A stretch of DNA of 64,000 nt from Diplonema japonicum (lineage: Eukaryota > Protista > Euglenozoa: Diplonemea): assembly GCA_964019335.1 (NCBI GenBank), contig OZ025659.1:124001-188000 (forward strand), in the 5' to 3' direction. Of this stretch, positions 47,603 through 58,208 are shown piece after piece. Made by a program: the position numbers and the translations under genes. Below the pieces are notes generated by a model. That model made no database searches, was not told the origin of the DNA, and was given only the letters and a program-made list of their open reading frames with translations. The stretch's first letter is position 1. Each line of letters begins with the position of its first letter.

Positions 47603-48088
47603 TGGGTTTTTTTCTTTTTTTTTTTTTGTTACTTTTTCGGGGGGTCGTTAATAATTCTGAGTTGCATTAAAAAAAAAAAAATATAAAAAGAAAAGAAGAA
47701 CTGGCCGTTGTGTAAAACGTGCCAGGGGGGGAGGGGGGGGAGGTAAACCTGAGGAGAAAGAGTACCTTTTTCTTTTTCTTTCTCCCCCCCCTCTTTTGTT
47801 AACGTCTCTCATCACATTTAAACGCAGCCACTCAACACCCGTTTTTTTAATTTTTTTTAATTTTTTTTTTAAAAGTGAAAAAAGAAGCCGGTCCAGAGGG
47901 AGAGCAGAGAGTTGAGAACATGACGGGAACCCCCTTTTTGTCATCTCTCCCCCACAACTTACTTTCTTGTTTTCTTGAAATGAAAACTTCAAAAGGATAT
48001 AAAACACCCCCCCCCCCCCACCCATATCGTTAAGAAAAAAATAGTCAAACGTTGGTTAAAAAGAAATTATTTTTTAAAAAAGAAATTC

Positions 48089-48931
48089 TCACAAATGCGA
48101 GGGAGTCATCACGAAGTTCCTCAGCGTGCCTAGTTTTTCAATCTCGCACTCAACAAGGTCTCCAGGCTTCAACCATCTGGGCACTGCCATACCGGCAGCG
48201 ACACCCTCAGGGGTGCCCGTCATGACGACAGTACCAGGGTGGAGGGTCATGTCTGTGCTGAGCCACTCGATGATCTCAGCGACGGTGAAGATCATGTCCT
48301 TTGTGTTGGAGTCCTGTCGGGTCTCCCCGTTGACACGCGTGGTGACCTTCAAGGCCTGGGGGTCGGGGATCGCAGATGCCATGACAAGCGATGGGCCCAT
48401 AGGAGAAAAGGTGTCGAAAGACTTCCCCTTAACCCACTGCCCAGCACCTGCGTTCTTCTGCCAGTGGCGGGAGGTTACATCATTGCTCACCATGTACCCA
48501 AGGACGTACTTCAGGGCGTCTTCCTTCTTAACGTTTTTGCAGATCTTTCCGATGACGAAGGCAAGCTCCACCTCGTAGTCTAGTTGTTCGCCTTTTTCAA
48601 GCTGGGGCATCCACACAGGGCTTTCTGGGTCGTTCAGTGAGCCGATCGACTTCATGAACACCGCTGGTTTTTCGGGTAATTCGATGCCCCTTCCCTTTGC
48701 CGACTCCATGTAGTGCTTCATGTAGTTGAGTCCTATGCAGTAGATCTCCCTTGGGACGAGGGGGCTCAGCACCCTGTCGATGTGGCGGACCTCACCCGTC
48801 TTCGAGAGCTGCCCGAAGATATGCCCTTGCAACACCTCCGCAGCCCGGGCTCCTTTCTTGGGCTCCTCTCCCAAGTACACTTTCCCTTTGGACATAAACC
48901 GGATCACACGAGAGATGGGACGCGAAGTCAT
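48089..48931 (-). CDS. Fumarylacetoacetate hydrolase family protein (FAHD2-like), copy 1
   Basis: CIGLNY, DYEVEL, NDVT.R, GKSFDTF.PMGP, GTPEGV. Confidence 0.92.
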   Translation of the reverse strand: MTSRPISRVIRFMSKGKVYLGEEPKKGARAAEVLQGHIFGQLSKTGEVRHIDRVLSPLVPREIYCIGLNYMKHYMESAKGRGIELPEKPAVFMKSIGSLNDPESPVWMPQLEKGEQLDYEVELAFVIGKICKNVKKEDALKYVLGYMVSNDVTSRHWQKNAGAGQWVKGKSFDTFSPMGPSLVMASAIPDPQALKVTTRVNGETRQDSNTKDMIFTVAEIIEWLSTDMTLHPGTVVMTGTPEGVAAGMAVPRWLKPGDLVECEIEKLGTLRNFVMTPSHL

Positions 48932-49137
48932 TTTTTTTTTTTTTAAAGTTCTCCTTCTTGGTGGTTACTAAAAATAAGAACAAGAAAAAATGGAATTTCA
49001 GGAAAAAAAAAGTTAGAAGGAAGAGAGAGGGGTTCTTTTTTATATTTCTATTCTTTTTTTTAAACGAACAGAAGGGTGGAAGAGAGAGAGGGACAGATAT
49101 TCCCCTCCTGTCTTTGGGACAGTCGGAAACAAAAAAA

Positions 49138-49182
49138 GATGTCGTTGAAGGGAACCTGCAGTATGTGACAGGATCGCCTAAA
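49138..49182. repeat. Dispersed hairpin element, family B, copy 2
   Basis: Aligns to 43757-43800. Confidence 0.65.
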
Positions 49183-49285
49183 CGACAATCAACTCATCTA
49201 GTGTTTTAAAAAAAAAGAGGAAATGGTGCATATATCACCAGGAGAGGAAAAGAGAGTGCTCAAAGCAACTCAAAAAACAATCAAA

Positions 49286-50128
49286 TTAAAGGGGCGGCGT
49301 CGTGACAAAATTCCTCAATGTCCCGAGGGACTCCACTTCGCACTCCACAACGTCTCCTACCTGCAGCCATTTGGGTGGATCCATGCCCATTGCGACACCC
49401 TCAGGGGTGCCCGTCATGACGACAGTACCAGGGTGGAGGGTCATGTCTGTGCTGAGCCACTCGATGATCTCAGCGACGGTGAAGATCATGTCCTTTGTGT
49501 TGGAGTCCTGTCGGGTCTCCCCGTTGACACGCGTGGTGACCTTCAAGGCCTGGGGGTCGGGGATCGCAGATGCCATGACAAGCGATGGGCCCATAGGAGA
49601 AAAGGTGTCGAAAGACTTCCCCTTAACCCACTGCCCAGCACCTGCGTTCATCTGCCAGTGGCGGACGGTTACATCATTGCTCACCATGTACCCAAGGACG
49701 TACTTCAGGGCGTCTTCCTTCTTAACGTTTTTGCAGCTTTTTCCGATGACGAAGGCAAGCTCCACCTCGTAGTCTAGAGATTGACCGTGTTCCAGTTGAG
49801 GCATCCACACAGGGCTTTCTGGGTCGTTAAGGGAGGACAGTGATTTCATGAACACGGTGGGCTTGTCTGGGAGCGGGATCTGGCCTTTCGTGGCCTCCTC
49901 GAAGTGTTTCATGTAGTTGAGTCCTATGCAGAGGATCTCCCTTGGGATGAGGGGGGCCAGGTTTCTTTCCACGGGGCGGGTTGTGCCCGTGCGTGTGAGC
50001 CCTTGGTGGATGTCCCCCTCGAGGACCTCGGCCTCCCGGTCCGATTTGTTGGCCGGTTCTTCACCAAGGTAAACCTGCCCTTCTGAGAGGAACCTGATCA
50101 CTCTCGAGATCGGGGCGGCAGGTGTTGT

Positions 50129-50131
<3 letters not shown>
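49286..50131 (-). CDS. Fumarylacetoacetate hydrolase family protein (FAHD2-like), copy 2
   Basis: Same motifs; ATG at 50131 follows a long A tract. Confidence 0.92.
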
Positions 50132-50162
<31 letters not shown>

Positions 50163-50467
50163 CCGTGGGTGAAAAAAAAGAATGTGTACAAAAAAATTGA
50201 AAACCGGCTTTACAGAAACAGTGGGGAAAAGGGCGAAGGGGGGGGGTGGAATTTCAAAAATGTGGAATTTCAAAAAAAGGGGGAAATACTTTTTTTTTGC
50301 TCCGTTGTGCTTTTTTTGGGGGGGACACCGGGAAGAAAAAGAAGAAAACAAAGAAACAGTATGCAGAACAAAAAAGTTTACAATAAAAAATATTAGCCCC
50401 CCCCCCCCCAATCCTTAATAAATAAAAATGCACACTCTCCCCCCCCCACCAAAAAAAACCCATTCCC

Positions 50468-51365
50468 TCACGCAGATGATGCTTTGGTGGTTGCTTTAAG
50501 TCCTGCGATCTCTGAAATTTCGGCCTCATGCTGAGCAACGCGGGTTTTCAATTCGGTATATTTTTCGATGTCCAACCCTTCGGCTGCGTAAAGCTTCATT
50601 TTTTTCCGCATCTCCATCATGTCACGAACGTTGTCGTAGGTGTATTCTTGACCTTTTTTTTTTTTCCCCCTTCCCCTACAAAAAAAAAATCTTTCTTTTA
50701 AAAACACAAACCTGTTAAATAGTAAAAAACCACCCCAAACCACACGACGCTGTACCCAAGGAAATATGTTATGGGTTCAACCTTATTTTATTTTTTCCCC
50801 CCCCCCTTCCCCATACCAAGTTCCAGTCAAATGCAAACGTTTCACAACCGAACACCGATTCACCGAAAACCATCCAGAATAACAGGCACCAAAGACCCGT
50901 CATGCCTGCCATTCCTATGTTGCCAAAGCGGTTGGGGTACCGGCTGGCTACCTCGTCACATTTCACCTTCTTTTCTTCCATGAGGACCAGCATGGAGTGC
51001 ATGCGGCGGAGCTCGGTTTCGAGAAGGTCGAGCTTGCTGAGCAATCCCTCGGCGGAGTGTTCCTTGAGGACATCGCTGACTACGACATCAGGGGACCGGA
51101 CCACGACATCCCACTGGCCCCGTCTGATGTATCTGAACACCCTTCCCTCTGCTTCGAGATTCTTGATTGCAGTCGAGAGTTCTTCCTTCGGGATATTCAG
51201 AGCGAACGCGATCTCCTCGACAGAGAGGCAGCTTTTGTTCCCCAAAACCTCTTCAATATGTTTTTTCGCGTCCTCCACGCTCTGTGTCATCCACCGCACG
51301 TTCTTCTTCCTGAGTCCAAATGTGCCTCTCCTCGTCCCACAGCGCAGTACGTTAGAGAGATTCAT
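50468..51365 (-). CDS. Mitochondrial calcium uniporter family subunit; introns 50782-50816 and 50653-50711
   Basis: Mitochondrial-type N-terminus, coiled coil, TM1, spliced filter FDWNL|VEPITYF, TM2, then G|QEYTY. Confidence 0.88.
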
Positions 51366-51404
51366 TCTTTTTTTTTTTTTTTTCTTGTGTAGGTGCCTTT
51401 TTGA

Positions 51405-51435
<31 letters not shown>

Positions 51436-52388
51436 CCAGAAACAAGAGGAAAAAAAAAGGGAAGCGAAGACGATTGGGGAAGAAAGGAAAGAAGAAGAAG
51501 AAGAAGAAAAGTGTGGGGTGTGGGAACAAGAAAAAGGAGAAGAAGAAAAAACAAGACTATTTTTTTTGGGGGCGGGGCGATGTTTTTTTCCCCCTCCCCC
51601 TTTTTTTTTTCTATGCAAGGCTTTTCAATTTTTTTTAATTGTGTAATTTTTTTACATTTTTATACGTACGGTTTCACAATTTTCTTTTTTTTCTGCAAAA
51701 TAAAAAAAAAACCCCCCAAGAAGGGGGGGAGGCGAGGAGAGATGAAAAAATCAGAGGAGGGGGAATCTTTTTTAAACCGGTATATGAAACCCTTCGTATT
51801 CCACTTTAACCATCTTTTTTTTTCCCCTCTCCCTCCCCCCACCACCTCTCCTCTTTTTTTTTAATTTTACTTTTTTTAAAAGAAGTTGTTCGTGCACATC
51901 AACATGGTACACAATTATGCATCAATTTGCATTTTTAAGAAAAGCTCTTCCCACAGTGTTCTAAAAAAAAAAAGGGTGACACCGAATTCTTTTTTGTACT
52001 ACCCATCTCCATTCCTGTTACCCCCCCTCCCTTACACCCTATGAAAAATTTGTTCTCCCCCTTTGTCCTAACCCATTGAGCGCAACACTCAGACGGAAAT
52101 GTCGAATGAAGGGCCCAAAAAGAAAACAAAAAAAGATTAAGGAGGGAAAGTGCAGGGGAGGAGGAGCTACGAAAAATGGAAACTAAATTGACATCGAATA
52201 CAAAAAAGCAAAAAAAAAACAAAAAAAAATAGGTAAAACGATGGGCAACCCAAACATAAAATTTACCATTGATGGGCGGGGGGGGGGAAGGGGGGCGAAG
52301 ATGCTAAAAGCCAAGCCTATCACGTAAGTATAAAACAACCACACACAAAAGAGAAAAAAAAGAGGGGGAAAAATATATCTCCCCCAGC

Positions 52389-54017
52389 TCAAGCTTGATC
52401 GTTCGAGTGGATCCACTTGAACGCAGTCCTCTCCTTCTTGTCAAGAAGCCCGTCCTCCCACTGAACCTTATCATCGTTGTTACGGTTCAGGTAGTTCAAA
52501 ACCCCGTCAAGCTTCCTAGCCCACGCGATCTCCCCGTGCTTCTCACGGAAGCTCTGGATCTTCTGCCACAAGGGACGGTTTGTGGGCACATCCTCAAGAT
52601 CTGTAAGCAGCTGTTCAAAGTGGTCGTGGGAAGAGCAAAGACCGGGCTTGCAGAACTCGCCCTTGTAGTTAAGCTCCTCAGAGGCCTGGAAGGGGCCGTG
52701 GTTGTTCTGAACAATCCACATGTCGTCAATGACCCTCCCGTAGTCGGCCTGCGGGAAGTCAGTCGGGTCTGTCTGAACCTGCTGCCAGTGAATGTGCGAT
52801 GCATTGTGAACAATCATCCTGGTGTACCCGAACGTGTTGCTACGGAAGGCAGACCACCCGGGCTGGTTCTTAGTGAAGGGAGTGTGCATTTCCCTGCTCC
52901 CGGCAGCGCCGGTGACAATGTAGATCGTGGCCTTGGGGTTCATGTAGTTCAGCTGCGCGGTCTCATTGTACACAGGGAACGACCTCTCGTAGTTGTGCTG
53001 GTGGCCGTTCACGGAGAAGTCCACACCATACTTGTGGCACAGCGGTTCCAACGCCTTCTTCACCTTGTCATCAGCACCGGTGTCAGACGAGGAGTAAAGG
53101 GGACGGTGGCCGTGAATGACAATCCAAGGCGACACAGCACGGTTGGCGTTCGCCTTGATCAGATCCTCCTCGAACCATTTCAAAAAGGTCTTCACGCTGA
53201 CCTTCGGGTCGTACAGATCCACAGGGACGTGGAAGAGCTCCGTGGAGAAGGAGATGTAATGGACGAGACCGTAGTCCCACGAGAAGTACATGGTGTTGGG
53301 GCCTTCGCCGTTCATGGTGAGGTACTTTGCGGGAACGGAGTTCACAGGCTGGTTCCTGAAACGCTCGATGTAGTGAGCAAGGCCCTCCGGTGCGTCCTCG
53401 TGGTTCCCGTGGGACACCATGTAAGGAACCCTTGACGCAAGCTGTTCGATGTTCCTCATGAACTGGTCACCGTTCTCACCGAAATCGTTGCCAAGGTCGT
53501 ACGCGAAGTCCCCAACATGGAGGAACATATCGGCGGTGTCCACTTCCGAGACAAGACCTACGGAGGTGTTCTTGGAGCAGGTTACGTCATCGCAAACTTT
53601 ACCGTGCTGCGTGCATGCGTCGCAGATGGTGAATGCCGCCATTGTGCCCATGTCGCCGAACAGGACGTGGTTGAAGGGGGCCTTCTGTCTCCTGTTCGTC
53701 ACCTTGAAGACCTTGCTGTACCCGTTAGTGGCGTCGCCGACCTTGTAGTAGTAGGTCCCGCCGAGGGCGAGGCCGGTCATGTTGGCGGTCCTTGTGTACC
53801 AGGTGCGGACAATGTCGGCAGTGAAGATCTTAACGTCACCTGTCTTCGTCATTGTCAGGCTGTCCGGTGAGGTGCCGTACATCACCTCACTGGTGGAACC
53901 TTTTTCCTTTGTAGCCCACGACACAGACAGGCAGTCGGTGGTGTGCCCATATGCAACGTGCACCTGGCCAGCGCCCTGTGCGGCGGCGACCATCGCCAAC
54001 ATCACAAGACTTCTCAT
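52389..54017 (-). CDS. Secreted purple acid phosphatase (ACP7/PAPL-like)
   Basis: Signal peptide, FN3-like N-domain, GDMG, GDFAY, GNHE, HGHRP, GHQHNYER. Confidence 0.92.
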   Translation of the reverse strand: MRSLVMLAMVAAAQGAGQVHVAYGHTTDCLSVSWATKEKGSTSEVMYGTSPDSLTMTKTGDVKIFTADIVRTWYTRTANMTGLALGGTYYYKVGDATNGYSKVFKVTNRRQKAPFNHVLFGDMGTMAAFTICDACTQHGKVCDDVTCSKNTSVGLVSEVDTADMFLHVGDFAYDLGNDFGENGDQFMRNIEQLASRVPYMVSHGNHEDAPEGLAHYIERFRNQPVNSVPAKYLTMNGEGPNTMYFSWDYGLVHYISFSTELFHVPVDLYDPKVSVKTFLKWFEEDLIKANANRAVSPWIVIHGHRPLYSSSDTGADDKVKKALEPLCHKYGVDFSVNGHQHNYERSFPVYNETAQLNYMNPKATIYIVTGAAGSREMHTPFTKNQPGWSAFRSNTFGYTRMIVHNASHIHWQQVQTDPTDFPQADYGRVIDDMWIVQNNHGPFQASEELNYKGEFCKPGLCSSHDHFEQLLTDLEDVPTNRPLWQKIQSFREKHGEIAWARKLDGVLNYLNRNNDDKVQWEDGLLDKKERTAFKWIHSNDQA

Positions 54018-54147
54018 CTTTTTTTTTTTTGAACTTCAAAAAAGGGGACCTGGTGGTAGTTTTTTGTTTTGTTTACGATATGGGGGGGGGGGGGGGGGGG
54101 GAATCAGACACACACTCTCTCTTTTTTCTTTTTTTCGGGTAATGTTA

Positions 54148-54894
54148 TCAAACAGAAGGTTGCTTGTTCTCCAGAACCGACGCGAGAAAATCGTTTATCT
54201 CCCGTGTGCTCGAGTCGTGGCACGACCAGTCGAGAAAACGGGTGTTCGGCCGCATTCGGAAGGAGTCCAGAACCACATCAGGTCCGCCTTGCGATCTTAA
54301 AAAGGAGGGCATAGGAAGGAAAAGCGCTTGCCGGAGCACAGACGCCAGCGTGCGCTGTAAAACAAGCAACCTCTTGGACACCCTGCGGCAGAATGAACGC
54401 GGGTTCGCAGGGGTGTGGGCAGCGTCAAGATGAGTACCAACGACACATACAGGGATATAAACCCCTGAAGAACTCCGTGTCGCAGTAGACCTTGAGTGCA
54501 CAGTGCTTCTCTTAGTGGAGAACGGTCCTTCAGATACTTCACTTTGCAACCCACCCCTACCTCCTTCAAACTCCACGTAGCTTTCATACCACTGCTGCAA
54601 AGAACACGCGCTTGTGTCATCTGTCAAGTCATACACAAGCATCAACGCATCTAACTGGTGGAACATGGGGTGTCTGACGGACATATGCGCGCCCTGTCCT
54701 CCATCTAGTTCTATAAATTCACATAAATCCATCCCACCGCCCGGGCTTTTTTCTGCCTTCGCCCAAACTTGTAGTCCCGACCCCGAGTTGCCCCCGCATA
54801 TCTTCTCCAGGAGTTTGCTCTTCCCCACACCCGTGTCACCCATCACCGCCACCCTCACTGTCCGAGCTCCTGCTGTCGGGTCATGGCCTCGCAT
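54148..54894 (-). CDS. Divergent small GTPase, RabL3-like
   Basis: GDTGVGKS P-loop, FIELDG, LVYDLT, VVGTHLD. Confidence 0.7.
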   Translation of the reverse strand: MRGHDPTAGARTVRVAVMGDTGVGKSKLLEKICGGNSGSGLQVWAKAEKSPGGGMDLCEFIELDGGQGAHMSVRHPMFHQLDALMLVYDLTDDTSACSLQQWYESYVEFEGGRGGLQSEVSEGPFSTKRSTVHSRSTATRSSSGVYIPVCVVGTHLDAAHTPANPRSFCRRVSKRLLVLQRTLASVLRQALFLPMPSFLRSQGGPDVVLDSFRMRPNTRFLDWSCHDSSTREINDFLASVLENKQPSV

Positions 54895-54999
54895 GTATAC
54901 CTTGCAATGAACGGTTAAAATTGAAAGGATGGTGATATACACTTTGAGCTGCTCTAGGTACAGGGGGAGGGTGTGTTAAAGACAGAGGAGGAGGGGGAT

Positions 55000-56591
55000 C
55001 TAATTCCTTTGGTGCGCAATGCTCTCTAGCGACATGGCTGCTTCCTGCTTGCGCTTCATGACAAGCTCTTGGAGACGATTGCCGTAACTATAAAAGGTTT
55101 TTGAGTTCACTCCCCAACATACCTTCTCGAAGCAGATGGGCTCGTCGATGAGACAATGTGCTGTTGCTGTTGCTGTAGCAGACTGTCCCTTCTTGGTGAA
55201 GGGCGTGCAGTGTTGCGAGGGGCGATCTCGGGCTCAGCTTGAGGAGGTCTGAAGATACCACCGTGTGTAGGCGTGGACAAGGGCACAGGATCGGGCTGCA
55301 ACGGGGCTTGCTGTTCCTGTTGCAAATGATGGAGGTACTGGTGTTGTAGTTGTTGTTGTTGTTGTTGTTGCTGCTGCTGCTGCTGTTGTTGTTGTGGCTG
55401 CTTGTACGATTGTTCTTGTTCGTGTTGTTGTTCTTGTTTGCCCTTCAAATCCAGGATTTCGAGGCTCTGGCTTGTCAGATGTCGGTCCTTGTCGCGTATC
55501 TCTATGTCCCTCTGTTGGATCAGCTGTTCCAGTCCTTTGATGTGCTCGTCCCGTGCGTTCAACGCTTGCTTCAGCTCCTCGCCGTACCGTGTGGCCTCTG
55601 CGAGCATCGTTTGCATTTCTGCGACCTTGGTCATGCTTTGCGTCTGGGCAACCTGTGCAAGGCGCACCGCTTCCGACAACTGCAGATTCGTATCTTGCAG
55701 CTGCCCAGCACGCCTCGACAATTCCTTGTTCTGCACGATCAACGAACTATGGTCGGTCCGCTGTGGGGACACGTACTGCTGCTGCTGCTGCTGCTGCTGC
55801 GGGACATGCTGCACCAACTTACGATGCTGGCTTTCTATCTGCAGCTGATGCAACTGCTGCTGCTGCTGAACTATCTCAGATGCGATTGTTTCTTCAATGC
55901 CGGAAACCATCGCTGGCGGAGGGGGAGGGACAGGAGGAGGAGGGTTGATAGACGGCCCTGCAGGACCTTGGTACTCAACAGCAGGTATCATCGACGGTGG
56001 GTTCTCCATATAAGGGTACCCCATTGGTGCGAAGTTGTCTTGCTTCCAACAGTCACGAATGAGGGGGAGCAGCCACTGTGCTTCAAGGGTCCCCCAGCCG
56101 GATCGGATCTCAAGCCTACGGGTGGCGTCGCAGTCGTCGAAATTTCGGCGGAATGCAGGGCAGATTAGAAGAACCTCATCTATGTTGCGTGTCATTACGG
56201 CTTCGATGTGAGAAGGGTTCGTTGGAGATACTCGTAAGGGGGGTTGGGCAGGAGGAGCAGACCCTCCTCCAGGGGGTTGTGGATCGGCTATTCTTTCAAT
56301 TTGCTTCTGCATGACGGCCATTTGTTGGGCTTGGCTCGCCACTTGTCTCTTAAGCCGTTCGTTCTCCTGCGTCCCTTGCCACATCTTTGTGTCGTTAACG
56401 TCCCTTCGTGTTGGGGACAGGTGTCTTCCCTCTACCTCCTGCGCCCTTCTCACTTCAAAATTCAACATTCTTTTCTCGACTTCGGCCCCCTTGCTGCTCA
56501 GTTCGTCGCGTAAGGCCTCCACCTGATCTTTAAGGGCTACAAGGTTGCTTGAGTTGCTCATTTGCAGCAGTGTTTCTTCACCATATTCCAT
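55000..56591 (-). CDS. Hypothetical Q-rich coiled-coil protein; intron 55088-55122
   Basis: 494-codon ORF plus a 35-nt GTATGT...TAG intron and last exon SYGNRLQEL...HQRN*. Confidence 0.75.
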
Positions 56592-57238
56592 TTTTTTATT
56601 TTTTTTTTTTTTTGTGTGTGTTGTTGTGTTTTCCCCTTTTCTTTTATTTTTTTAAGTGGGAAGAACACAAAAAAGATTATTGTCAACATATTGGAACAAA
56701 GAAGAAGAAAAAAAAGAAAGTACGAGAACAGTTTCGTTTTCTTCTTTCTTTTTTTTTATTTTTTTTTGAAAATAAAATGTAGAGGACACAATACAACCGT
56801 AGGGAGCGGGGTAAGTAAAACAAAGGGGGGGAAGTGGGGCGATACGGCGGGTTAAAAAAAAAAAAAGAGTATGACCACTCAATAAGTTCCCTCGCGCAAT
56901 CTTTTTTTTTTGCCCTGCTACCTCCGTTGGGCGGTCGGGAAAAAAAAAAAGTAGACAGTTTTACCAAACGTGAAGATCGGTGCAGTGGCAAGGCGCACTA
57001 CATAGCAGCCTTCAGAAGTTGTTCGGCTCTGAAACAGCGAATTGCTGTCCCACCGCTGTTACAAACAAAAGAAAGAAAAAGAAAAACCATATCAAGGGGG
57101 AAAGTGGTGACGTTGCCAAATGTCAAACAAAAAGAAAAAGAAGTGGGGAGAGCCTCTGGTTCAGATGGAACAGGGGATCCCTTTTCCCTTTTTTTTTTTG
57201 ACAAGTCCCTAATCGGGACACTCTTCTGAGAGGCGGGA

Positions 57239-57307
<69 letters not shown>

Positions 57308-57338
57308 GATATTACATGCAAACTCCGCACGAGCCGCA

Positions 57339-57409
57339 TGCCGGAAAAAACACGTTGACAACGTTCCCCTTATGTTTAGACAAGTCAAAGACTCGTTCTT
57401 GCAAAAAAA
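57339..57409. repeat. Dispersed element, family A, copy 2
   Basis: Aligns to 35219-35290. Confidence 0.7.
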
Positions 57410-57660
57410 TGAAAATGAAAAGAGAAGTTTGGCAGCGCAAAGAGTTTCTTTTTTTTTTTTTTTTTTTTGTTCGATCGTTCACTGCAACCCATCATCGTAT
57501 GTGGCAGCAGATTTTCTTAAGAGTTTCCTCTTTATTTTTTATTTATTTTCTTTTTTTTTTGAATATTTTAGATTTCAATTGCACAGTTCAAAAAAAGAAG
57601 GGGAAAAAATTATGATACATCACATAAGCTTCATCGTCTTTTCTTTCTTTTTGGAGGGTG

Positions 57661-57695
<35 letters not shown>

Positions 57696-58208
57696 AGCTT
57701 TAAAATAAAAAGCAGAAAGAAAAAAGAAGTGTTTCTCCATTCCAGGCCGTTCTTTATAATAGTTACGTTCTCTGCTAGATGAACCTAGTGAATGAGATGA
57801 GAGAGATGAGGGAGAGGGGGGGGGGGTTAAAATTTCACTTGGTTTGTGCCGCAGTTCTTTTTGGGGGAGAGGGTAGGTCAAAAGCCCGTCCTAACCTCTT
57901 ACCAGTTTTAAATAGCTTTATAAATCTTTTTGAGCTGATCCCACTCCCCCCCCCCCCCCCCCCGGTTAATATCTGCTCTGTCTATGTGTGGTTGTTGCTG
58001 CTAAAAAACCAAGGGAAAAAAAAAAAAAAAAAAAAAAACTCCCGCCCTCTCCCAACAATCCAATACTGATTTCAAATCCAAATCGGATGCATTCTATGCC
58101 TAGGGGGGACAGGGGGTAATAGATTACAAAAAAAAAAAAAAAAATACAAACAGGATAAAATATTACAAAGGGAGGGGGAAGAAATGAAAGAAACAAAAAA
58201 AAACCGTT

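Noticed and set aside
52395-53435. Long plus-strand ORFs antisense to real genes (also 19454-20890, 58873-60033, 50902-51864)
   Set aside because: Shadow frames caused by codon bias and repeats in the minus-strand genes; no motifs of their own.
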